Below are positions 19,060 to 27,147 of a stretch of DNA of 32,000 nt, one piece after another. Under the pieces are notes generated by a model, which saw only the letters and a list, made by a program, of their open reading frames with translations, made no database searches and was not told where the DNA came from. A program made the translations under genes and the position numbers. The stretch lies in NCBI GenBank assembly GCA_000091165.1, contig FP565575.1, positions 2,550,001-2,582,000 on the forward strand, written 5' to 3'. The stretch's first letter is position 1. Every line of letters starts with the position of its first letter. This DNA comes from Candidatus Methylomirabilis oxygeniifera. GTDB taxonomy: Bacteria > Methylomirabilota > Methylomirabilia > Methylomirabilales > Methylomirabilaceae.

Positions 19060-19875
19060 ATGCTGCAAGGTCGGACCATTGGGTTCATCGGGGCGGGCAA
19101 TATGGCCGAGGCGATGATCCGCGGCCTGCTTGAAGCGAAGCTGGTAACGGCGGACCAGCTTATCGCCTCGGATATCGTCGAGGCGAAGCGACAGCAGATC
19201 CATCTTCGCTATGGCATCCGGACCGTGGCCGAGGGCCGCGATGCAGGGCTGAAGGCATCGATCCTGATCTTGGCCGTCAAGCCACAGGACATGGAGGCGG
19301 CGCTGCAGGGGATCGCCGCGTCTGTGGATGAGACCAGGACGATTATCTCGGTTGCGGCCGGCATTACGATCGCCTTCATCGCCGAGCGCCTGCCCGCCAG
19401 GACGCGGATCGTGCGCGCCATGCCCAATGCGCCTGCCCTGGTTCTGGCAGGCGCCGCCGGTATTGCGAAGGGTGAGCATGCGACAGCCGAAGACCTGCAG
19501 ATTGCAGAGGCGATCTTCGCCGCGGTCGGGAAAGCGGTCGTGGTCGAGGAAAAGCACCTGGATGCCGTGACGGGACTGAGCGGTAGCGGTCCTGCCTACG
19601 TATTTCTGTTCATTGAAGCGCTGGCGGATGCCGGTGTGAAGGTGGGGCTTACACGGGATGTCGCCGGACTACTGGCCGCTCAAACTGTCCTCGGTGCCGC
19701 CAGGATGGTTCTTGAGAGCGGGCGCCATCCGGCGGAGCTGAAGGATATCGTTGCATCTCCAGGCGGAACGACCATTGCCGGGCTGTATGCCCTGGAACGC
19801 GGCGGATTACGTGGGACCCTCATGGAGGCGGTAGAAGCAGCCACGATTCGATCTCGGGAACTAGGCAGGAGATAG
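19060..19875 (+). CDS. proC: Pyrroline-5-carboxylate reductase
   Basis: TIGFIGAGNMAEAMIRGLL, AVKPQDMEAAL, RIVRAMPNAPALVLAGAAGIAKG, LDAVTGLSGSGPAYVFLFIEALADAGVKVGL. Confidence 0.97.
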   Translation: MLQGRTIGFIGAGNMAEAMIRGLLEAKLVTADQLIASDIVEAKRQQIHLRYGIRTVAEGRDAGLKASILILAVKPQDMEAALQGIAASVDETRTIISVAAGITIAFIAERLPARTRIVRAMPNAPALVLAGAAGIAKGEHATAEDLQIAEAIFAAVGKAVVVEEKHLDAVTGLSGSGPAYVFLFIEALADAGVKVGLTRDVAGLLAAQTVLGAARMVLESGRHPAELKDIVASPGGTTIAGLYALERGGLRGTLMEAVEAATIRSRELGRR

Positions 19876-19880
19876 TCACG

Positions 19881-20183
19881 ATGCCGTTTGTCGCTAACTT
19901 CATCGCTGCATTTGCGTCTATCCTGAGTACGGTGTTGACGGTCTATACATGGATGTTTATCATCCGGGCGCTGCTCTCCTGGGTCAACCCTGACCCCTGG
20001 AACCCGATCGTTCAGTTCCTTGCTCGTGCGACCGACCCGGTGCTGCGGCCGATTCAACAACTGATACCGATGTGGCGATTAGGCATAGATATTTCCCCCA
20101 TCATTGCGATTCTGGCGCTCCAGTTCGTCCAGCGGTGGTTTATCCCTTCCCTCCAGGAGATCGCCTGGAACCTTAGCCAATGA
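19881..20183 (+). CDS. YggT family membrane protein
   Basis: YTWMFIIRALLSWVNPDPWNPIVQFLARATDPVLRPIQQLIP is the YggT repeat pattern. Confidence 0.93.
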   Translation: MPFVANFIAAFASILSTVLTVYTWMFIIRALLSWVNPDPWNPIVQFLARATDPVLRPIQQLIPMWRLGIDISPIIAILALQFVQRWFIPSLQEIAWNLSQ

Positions 20184-20488
20184 TTCTGGTTCGGCAGGAG
20201 GGCGCGGCTGCCTCCTTTCGTGTCCGCCTGCAGCCGAAGGCATCCCGTGAAGCGATTGACGGAGAGGTTGACGGTGTTCTGCGGCTTCGAGTGAACGCGC
20301 CGCCGGTGGAAGGACAGGCCAACGACGCCTGTCTCCGCCTGCTGGCCAAGACGCTTGATCTGCCGATCTCTCGTCTTGGAATTGTCGCCGGTCAGCAGGC
20401 CCGCGTGAAAACCATCCGGGTGACCGATGCCTCCGCCGATCTCCTGCGCACTGCACTCAACAACCTGCTCGAGCACCCTCACGACTAG
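20180..20488 (+). CDS. DUF167/YggU family protein
   Basis: FRVRLQPKASREAIDGEVDGVLRLRVNAPPVEGQANDACLRLLAKTLDLPISRLGIVAGQQARVKTI; ATGA overlap with the YggT gene. Confidence 0.94.
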   Translation: MILVRQEGAAASFRVRLQPKASREAIDGEVDGVLRLRVNAPPVEGQANDACLRLLAKTLDLPISRLGIVAGQQARVKTIRVTDASADLLRTALNNLLEHPHD

Positions 20489-20641
20489 CTCCTCAGCAAA
20501 GGTTCTGGCACAAAACGATACTTTGTAGCCGCAAGGTTCGGGATAATTTGAGGGACTTCTGCGGTAACGCTGTCAGGTAAACTACCCATCCGATCAACAC
20601 ATCGTTGATCATACGCCCAGGTTGGGCGGTTGACGCGGGAC

Positions 20642-21910
20642 CTAATTTTTGGAGATATGAAACGCCCCATGTATTCTTCGCCAGGTTCCATCCCTCCACA
20701 GCAACTGGAGACGCCGGTTGAGGTATCTCAGGGGACGATACACGTAGTAGAAAGGCAACAACCATGAACGATTCACGTGGTAGACCGAACGTAAGTAGCT
20801 GGGCGAGGGGCACAATATCCACTTGACAATAAGTGCCCGAGAGCGCCAACCTCCACCGATCTGAATCAGGCGATTCAGATCAAGCCGGGAACCTGCGAGG
20901 GCTGCCGACAAAGCGGTCTCGCATCCAATCGCGTCGGTTTGTGAGGCGGCGTCCCAAAGGCGATCCAGAGCGGCTTGAGGGACCGGGGCGTTGAGTTCTT
21001 CGACTAAATAGTCCAGCGTGACTGACAGAGGCAGCGCGAGGCGGCTCTGGACCGCGCTCTCCGTCACGACTTGCCAGTCCAGATTCGGATATCGAGCCAC
21101 GAGATTCCAAGCGTCCGGAACCCAGCGCAGCGACTCACGACTGGCCGGACAAGAAGCAGCCTGGATACACACGTGCACAAGATTGTCGGCCGGAGAAAGG
21201 ACGTGGGCAGGAACCCCTGCGATGGACTGCCTCCGTCTGCGTCTCCACAGGTGTTCGAACGGCGCATCATACTGCGGCACACGAAACAGACGCCGGTGCA
21301 GCAGAAGCGGAAGCCCTGAATCGTGTATCCATGTGGCCGGTCTCGTCTCGGGATCTTCTGCCTCTCCGGAGCGGCGATATCCCATGGGAGGCAGGAGCGA
21401 CGCCGCACGCATGAGGTCGTCATCGGTCGGCAAGAGGATGTCGATATCGTGGCAGTGTCGAAGCACGGGATCAGCGTAAACCGTATCGGCAAGCGCAGCC
21501 CCCTTGCACACGATATATGACACATCGTGAGCGTTTAACGTGGAAAGGACGTCTCGAAGGATACGACGATAGATGTTGCTGCGCAGTTCTTCTCTGACAT
21601 ATGCGGTTCGAAAATGGGTGCGAAGTGCCGTGTCTACCGCAATGTCGTTGCGGCGAAGCGCCGCTAGGAGCAGCGGAACCAGCGTCTTCAGCCCTTGTTT
21701 ACTCTTGAGCAGCGCGTGGACCGGATCGTCTACCAGCGTACGGTACACATCCCAGCCCCGGCGTCCCGATTCACCCGAGTACAGACAGGCGCGCAATAAC
21801 CATGTGTGCTCCGGCGCCGGCAGGATGACTGAGAGCGCATGCGACAGGGCTGACTTCAAGACGGGTGTCTTCCCTCCTATGACCGTGGCCGGCCTCTCAT
21901 CGGTCCGCAC
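20642..21910 (-). CDS. Nucleotidyltransferase family protein (NTP_transf_5-like)
   Basis: LNAHDVSYIVCKGAALADTVYADPVLRHCHDIDILLPTDDDLMRAASLL matches the K-G-x(2)-L...DIDIL pattern. Confidence 0.78.
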   Translation of the reverse strand: MRTDERPATVIGGKTPVLKSALSHALSVILPAPEHTWLLRACLYSGESGRRGWDVYRTLVDDPVHALLKSKQGLKTLVPLLLAALRRNDIAVDTALRTHFRTAYVREELRSNIYRRILRDVLSTLNAHDVSYIVCKGAALADTVYADPVLRHCHDIDILLPTDDDLMRAASLLPPMGYRRSGEAEDPETRPATWIHDSGLPLLLHRRLFRVPQYDAPFEHLWRRRRRQSIAGVPAHVLSPADNLVHVCIQAASCPASRESLRWVPDAWNLVARYPNLDWQVVTESAVQSRLALPLSVTLDYLVEELNAPVPQAALDRLWDAASQTDAIGCETALSAALAGSRLDLNRLIQIGGGWRSRALIVKWILCPSPSYLRSVYHVNRSWLLPFYYVYRPLRYLNRRLQLLWRDGTWRRIHGAFHISKN

Positions 21911-22682
21911 AACCCGACGAGCCGTTCTCAGCGTCCTGGACTGACGGTTGCGCGTGTGACCCTTTGACCTCGGGCTGAGAAGGCGCTGCCCTCATGGGAC
22001 GACGCCGGCGATCAAGGGCGGCCTTCAGGATATGCAGGTATTCCTCTCGACTGTCGGTGGCTTGGCGGCGACTGATGTTAGAGCGATGGATGCGGTGATA
22101 CGCGAGCACGTCGGGCAACAACTCGACGACTGCCCGATGCTCAATCGCACGGATAAACCATTCCGTGTCGTCTGCATGCCATAACGTCGCATTGAACCGA
22201 CCCACCGCATTAAAGAGGGCGGATCGCACCAAAAGTGAGCCGGTGAAATACCCGGGCATCGGCTGACTACGACGGTGGTTCCTGTAACGTGCGGCCTCTT
22301 CGATGAGTTCAGGAATCCAGAAATTCTGTACATACGTGATACACAGGTCAAGGTCTGGACGAGCCTGGAATCGAGACATCTGGCGGGTCAACTTCTCCGG
22401 GTGCCACAGGTCATCCGCATCGAGAAAGCCCACAAACTCACCATGCGCCGCACGCAGTCCAAGATTCCGCGCGGCTGCGGGTCCCGAGTTGGCCTGCCAC
22501 AGATAATGGACCTGATCACCGAAGCCGGCCACGATCGCCGCTGTCCCGTCGGTCGAGCCATCGTCAGCGACGATAATCTCCAGTGGCCGGTAGGTCTGCG
22601 CCCGGATACTCTCTAACGCCTCGCGCAAGTAGCGTTCGCCGTTGAGGACGGGGATGATGCAACTCACCAAACTCGGTGTCAT
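21897..22682 (-). CDS. Glycosyltransferase family 2
   Basis: VSCIIPVLNGERYLREALESIRAQTYRPLEIIVADDGSTDGTAAIV, GEFVGFLDADDLWHPEKL. Confidence 0.95.
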   Translation of the reverse strand: MTPSLVSCIIPVLNGERYLREALESIRAQTYRPLEIIVADDGSTDGTAAIVAGFGDQVHYLWQANSGPAAARNLGLRAAHGEFVGFLDADDLWHPEKLTRQMSRFQARPDLDLCITYVQNFWIPELIEEAARYRNHRRSQPMPGYFTGSLLVRSALFNAVGRFNATLWHADDTEWFIRAIEHRAVVELLPDVLAYHRIHRSNISRRQATDSREEYLHILKAALDRRRRPMRAAPSQPEVKGSHAQPSVQDAENGSSGCADR

Positions 22683-23821
22683 ATCCGCGTTACTTCAGCC
22701 AACAGGTCGTCGACACGATGGGGGATCTCGGTAAGATCACGCCCCAGCTCCAGCCAGTAACTTGGCACGCGCTCGACCAATCGAGCCAGCATCTGGAGGT
22801 CGCGCACTCCAGGCCGTGGCGCCAGCGTCAGAAGAGAGCTGGGTGCAAGCCGCAGCAGGGCATCGACCTTGGACGCAGGACGGCATCGCGTCGTATGGGC
22901 ATCCACGATGCGGGGAATCGCCAGGACGCGGATGGGGACACTACGCGGGAGTTGCTTTGGAAAAAGAGGTGCAAGCAGAACGAGACATTTGTTTTCCTCG
23001 GGACGACTACTGCGAATGGCATGCGGAGGAAGGAGTGGGAAGTGTGCCATATGGTCCGGCTCCAACCAGGTAGAATTGTACAGGCTGTGACCTATGAAAG
23101 AGCCGTCCGCCAGAACCTGCAAGCCGGTATAGTCATCGCCAAGGTAATCAAAGCCGCCAACCAGACAGGCCAATGTCGAGGTGGACTTGCCCGATCCACC
23201 CATGCCGGGAAAGAGCACGCCGCGGCCGTTTCGGGAAACCAGGCCGGAATGGATCACCCGCATATCTCGGTCGTGATACCACAAGGATAAAAGCAGGAGC
23301 AGCGGTTTCCCACGTTCGTAGAGCGAGAGAGCCTTGCTGGATACCGTCCAACCCACTACGTGCTGAGCCTTCCTATCAAGCCATGTTCTTGATTGCCGAA
23401 GTCCATGTCCGACAAAGCGACCATCGGCAGAGGCCGTCAAGATCCCGTTTCCCACATCCCATGTCGACCCGATATGATCATGTGCCGGAACAACCGGACA
23501 AGGGATACCCGAGTCCTGCTCATCCCACAGGTCAATGGCAAGCTGCGTGGCGGACGGCGGCGCCCCACTGGCCTCCAGATGGGCAATTGGGCGACGGAAA
23601 TGTTGAGCGAGTTCGCGCCCGACAATACGAACGCGCACCTTCAGGTCGGCGAAGCGATACTGGGCTTCGCAGACATCATTCGGATTGTTGAAGGCGGCCT
23701 TCGCAAATGCCGTCTCCATGGCGGCAAACGCGCCCTTACCGTGTTGCGCAATCGATAAGTCCGGCGCCCCCGTACCGCCGATGCGTCCCGGTTGCCCTGT
23801 TGTCTCCTTCATGCCCGACAT
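22679..23821 (-). CDS. HprK-related kinase-like P-loop protein
   Basis: Walker A in GVLFPGMGGSGKSTSTLACLVGGFDYLGDDYTGLQV, i.e. P-loop followed by LGDD as in HprK-related kinases; located next to a PqqD-domain gene. Confidence 0.75.
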   Translation of the reverse strand: MSGMKETTGQPGRIGGTGAPDLSIAQHGKGAFAAMETAFAKAAFNNPNDVCEAQYRFADLKVRVRIVGRELAQHFRRPIAHLEASGAPPSATQLAIDLWDEQDSGIPCPVVPAHDHIGSTWDVGNGILTASADGRFVGHGLRQSRTWLDRKAQHVVGWTVSSKALSLYERGKPLLLLLSLWYHDRDMRVIHSGLVSRNGRGVLFPGMGGSGKSTSTLACLVGGFDYLGDDYTGLQVLADGSFIGHSLYNSTWLEPDHMAHFPLLPPHAIRSSRPEENKCLVLLAPLFPKQLPRSVPIRVLAIPRIVDAHTTRCRPASKVDALLRLAPSSLLTLAPRPGVRDLQMLARLVERVPSYWLELGRDLTEIPHRVDDLLAEVTRI

Positions 23822-23832
23822 ACTGTCCGTGG

Positions 23833-24285
23833 TTAACCTGTTGACCTATCGGTAGATTCTTTCCAGGGGATTTCATTGAAGCTCGGCATGGGTGGATCAA
23901 GCGCAAGAAGCTCGCTCATATCACGATAGATGTTGAGCTGTGGCGATTCATAGACTAGTCTCGACTCGGGGTGTCTTTCCTCACTGACCTGAGGCGGCCG
24001 CACATCATCCGCAACGGTGATCAAGCCTTCCGAAATGAGCTCCTCCACCACCCGCTTGACATCGGCCTGTACCTGTTCTGCCGAAACATCATAGCGCGCG
24101 CTTGCGGCAGCGGCAGCCTCTGCAAGACTATGACCCCCTGTGATTATCGCCCACAGAAAACCTCCAACCTTATCCATACTGTAATACACCCCGGTGGACA
24201 GGTTGATCATAATCGCCTCTCCATCGAGGACCTGAGCAGTGACCTCTGTATCATTGAGGCGAAAGCGACTTTGCAACGTCAACAT
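23833..24285 (-). CDS. PqqD (RiPP recognition element) family protein with C-terminal tail
   Basis: EVTAQVLDGEAIMINLSTGVYYSMDKVGGFLWAII...YDVSAEQVQADVKRVVEELISEGLI is a PqqD/lasso-B1-like pattern; ATG at 24285 with GGGAGG upstream. Confidence 0.85.
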   Translation of the reverse strand: MLTLQSRFRLNDTEVTAQVLDGEAIMINLSTGVYYSMDKVGGFLWAIITGGHSLAEAAAAASARYDVSAEQVQADVKRVVEELISEGLITVADDVRPPQVSEERHPESRLVYESPQLNIYRDMSELLALDPPMPSFNEIPWKESTDRSTG

Positions 24286-25396
24286 GAATAGCCTCCCGAG
24301 TGAGTTCCCCGTAAAGCGCGGCATAGGCATCCACACAGCGTTCCCAGCAGAACATCTTGCGCGCCCAACGACGCCCCGCTTGGCCCATCTGAGCAGCCAT
24401 GTTCCGGTCAATAATCAGAGCTGAAATCGCCTCAGCGAGGGCCTTACTATCGTCTGGCTCGACAAGCAGTCCGGTCTCGTTGTGCGCCACGACCTCCGGA
24501 AGTCCGCCGACGCGTGTGGCCACGATAGGGCGAGCCATTAGGGCCGCCTCCAGGGCCACCAGTCCGAATCCCTCACGCCGAGACGGCATCACGACAACCG
24601 TGGTGGTGTTCATCAGACCCGGCACCTTGTGCGGAGCTACCCATCCAATGAAATCGACGGACTCAGCAAGCCCAAGTTCGGCTGTCTGCCGCTCCAATGC
24701 GGGTCGTGCAGGCCCATTCCCCGCAATGATGAGACGAGCACGAGGGAAAGCATCGCGTAACAACGCAAAAGCCTCTAACGCTAAATCAAATCCTTTTTCT
24801 TCAGAGAGTCGCCCCAGACACAGTAATCGTGGGGCGCCATGCGGCAGGGGCTCCGGAGAGACGGCAGGCACGTCCATGGCGTTATAAATAAGGGAGGAGC
24901 GGGGGATGATCTCCGGCACCTGCCGGCGGGATTCCGCAAGAACGGCTGCCGAGTTGGCGGTGACCCAATCGGCATTACGTAGCGCCTGTTCTACTAACGT
25001 ATCACGCCCGGTAACGTGAATCGGAAAGGATGCGTGTTTGGTCAGCAGTACCGGCGCTGAGTATGTCGTAGCGGTAGCCAAGTGAAAGAACACGGTTGGT
25101 CCGCTGAAGTTGATATGAATCACATCCGGCTTGAAGTGTTGCTTGAGGCTGGCGACTCGTTGCCGCACCTCTATCAACTGACGCAGGCCGCTTGGCGCCA
25201 GCGCTTCAAAGAAGGGGAAGCGGAACACGGGAATCCCCTTGTAGTGATCTTCGTCCGGCAGACTCAAGCCATCGTGGGCCGTCACGACAATAACCTCATG
25301 GCCGCGCGTCCGAAACGCCTGAACTAATCTTGTGGCTATAACCTCGACTCCCCCAATGTAGGGCCAAAACTTTTCCGACCAGTACATGACGCGCAT
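24251..25396 (-). CDS. Glycosyltransferase family 4 (GT-B, glycosyl transferase group 1)
   Basis: MRVMYWSEKFWPYIGGVEVIATRLVQAFRTRGHEVIVVTAH, LLCLGRLSEEKGFDLALEAFALL, VVMPSRREGFGLVALEAALMARPIVATRVGGLPEVV. Confidence 0.95.
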   Translation of the reverse strand: MRVMYWSEKFWPYIGGVEVIATRLVQAFRTRGHEVIVVTAHDGLSLPDEDHYKGIPVFRFPFFEALAPSGLRQLIEVRQRVASLKQHFKPDVIHINFSGPTVFFHLATATTYSAPVLLTKHASFPIHVTGRDTLVEQALRNADWVTANSAAVLAESRRQVPEIIPRSSLIYNAMDVPAVSPEPLPHGAPRLLCLGRLSEEKGFDLALEAFALLRDAFPRARLIIAGNGPARPALERQTAELGLAESVDFIGWVAPHKVPGLMNTTTVVVMPSRREGFGLVALEAALMARPIVATRVGGLPEVVAHNETGLLVEPDDSKALAEAISALIIDRNMAAQMGQAGRRWARKMFCWERCVDAYAALYGELTREAIHVDVAKSLSPQ

Positions 25397-25717
25397 TCTT
25401 TCTCCGGGCTTCCCCGCATCGCTACACCGGTTCCGGTTCCGTCATCCGGCGCCGGCGCTCACTGCATGCCCACCCCGTCCGATACCGCCGAGGCGATCAG
25501 GCGTAAACGTATCATAGTGATCATGATGCCACAAGCCCAGCTTTCTCAATCATGCGGCAGGACTTGAACCTCTCTTGCGGATTCCGGTTGACGGGCGTAT
25601 TGGCGGCGGAGTACCTTCAGTTACGGATAATCGTGAGCTATACCCGTGCCGGATAGGCGCCTTCTCGACGAACGCGCTTGATCTCCACGGTGTTGAGGGG
25701 ACTCACCCGCTGACTCA

Positions 25718-26794
25718 ATGTTATCGAGGATGAATGTCTCGCCAGAGGGAACCGCACTATTAACCTTAGTAAGGGCCGCCCTGTCGGAATCTCCCCTCGA
25801 GACGGAAAGTTTACCCTCTGCTCTCGATTGGAATACTGTTCTACAATTGGCTCGTCACCATCGACTTGAGCCGTTGCTCCATTACGGTCTCCGGCATACC
25901 GGGTTCACGGACATCCCGAACAGGGTTCGCGCAGAGTGGGAGATGCGGCGTCGCATGTCGATCGTCAGTAGCATGTATCATCAGGCGGCCCTCAACGACA
26001 TCGCGGCGGCGTTCGGGGATCGCGGCGTCCCGTTTGTTCTCTTGAAGGGCGAAGGGCTTTCAAGGGCGCTATATCCCCAAGAGGGTTTGCGCCCCTATGG
26101 TGACATCGATCTGCTCGTTCGACCGGAAACCTACGAGATGGCAAAGGTGATTCTGATGGGGCTGGGATTTCGGCTCCGACGGGCTGCCAAGGAGGCGGAA
26201 AGGCTCCGTCTGTTCGGAGAAATTGAGTTCGATAGAGAGGGTCCCATAACCGTAACGGTGGACCTCCACTGGAACACGTTGATGACCTCCTGGGAGCCTC
26301 GATCTCTGCTCACCGATAACGAGACGTGGGCCTCCCTTGGTCACGTTCGTCTGGGGAATCGTACCATACCGATTCTCAAAGGAGAAGCCCTCCTGATCTA
26401 CCTCTGCGTTCATTTCGCCTTTCATCACGTATTTGATGGGTTGTTGCTGCTTTGCGATCTCTATCTGATTCTCAGGCGCTATGCTGAAAGGACCGACTGG
26501 GATCGCCTCATTGCGATGACCGACCGATATCAATGTCGGCATGCGCTCTATTATTCCCTCTTCTTTGTCAAATCGCTCATGGAGGCCCCTGTGCCGAATC
26601 CCATTCTCGATTCGTTGCGGCCAAACGCGATGATCCGGGTCCTTATGCCGACCACTCGGATGCTCCTTCGAGATAGCTTGACCCCACAGATGCTGGAACG
26701 GTATGTGAAGCTTCTCTTGATCGATACTCAGAGGGGGCGTTGGCGGGCGCTACAGGCCTGGCTTCGATCCAGCAAACAACTGTTCGGTAGGTGA
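25718..26794 (+). CDS. Second nucleotidyltransferase family protein (NTP_transf_5-like)
   Basis: DRGVPFVLLKGEGLSRALYPQEGLRPYGDIDLLVRPETYEMAKVILMGLGF; an alternative ATG start exists at 25730. Confidence 0.8.
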   Translation: MLSRMNVSPEGTALLTLVRAALSESPLETESLPSALDWNTVLQLARHHRLEPLLHYGLRHTGFTDIPNRVRAEWEMRRRMSIVSSMYHQAALNDIAAAFGDRGVPFVLLKGEGLSRALYPQEGLRPYGDIDLLVRPETYEMAKVILMGLGFRLRRAAKEAERLRLFGEIEFDREGPITVTVDLHWNTLMTSWEPRSLLTDNETWASLGHVRLGNRTIPILKGEALLIYLCVHFAFHHVFDGLLLLCDLYLILRRYAERTDWDRLIAMTDRYQCRHALYYSLFFVKSLMEAPVPNPILDSLRPNAMIRVLMPTTRMLLRDSLTPQMLERYVKLLLIDTQRGRWRALQAWLRSSKQLFGR

Positions 26795-27040
26795 CAGAAG
26801 CCCCGTATCCGACTCATCCCGCAACAACAGAATAGGTTTGGAATGGTTCGGAGTAGGCAGGCAGGCGTTGTGCTGTCCGGAACACTGCAGAGGTTGGGCT
26901 TGACTCGAATCCGCGTATTTCCTATACTTCTGTGGGTTTTACGGGTGTGGGGCGGGAGTGAACAGAAACGAGCGACTCGCGGCTTCGGACTAGCACCCCC
27001 CATGCGCCGCCGCCACTCCACGGCATACAAACCCCCCCAA

Positions 27041-27061
27041 CCCCCCTTTAGCAAAGGGGGG
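27041..27061. repeat. Hairpin CCCCCCTTT-AGC-AAAGGGGGG
   Basis: 9-bp perfect stem, 3-nt loop; same unit type as at 18769-18857. Confidence 0.85.
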
Positions 27062-27086
27062 GACCAGAGCGGGGGATTTCTCTGAA

Positions 27087-27117
27087 GCTGACGGCTGAGT
27101 GCTGATAGCTGACTGCT
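27087..27117 (+). repeat. Heptad array, 4 units plus a partial unit of GCTGANN
   Basis: GCTGACG GCTGAGT GCTGATA GCTGACT GCT in strict 7-bp phase. Confidence 0.85.
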
Positions 27118-27147
27118 ATTCCCCGAGCAGCAGAGAAGAGAGAGACG

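Noticed and set aside
20493-20849. 118-aa minus-strand ORF overlapping the nucleotidyltransferase gene
   Set aside because: Mostly the alternative frame of a supported CDS with no convincing motif.
20642-25396. Calling the island a lasso-peptide or PQQ biosynthesis cluster
   Set aside because: No cyclase, leader peptidase, radical SAM enzyme or clear precursor is present; only the RRE/kinase/nucleotidyltransferase accessory genes are.
26843-27085. 80-aa ORF ending in YKPPQPPFSKGGDQSGGFL
   Set aside because: Its C-terminus is simply the translated CCCCCCTTT-AGC-AAAGGGGGG hairpin; likely non-coding intergenic repeat.
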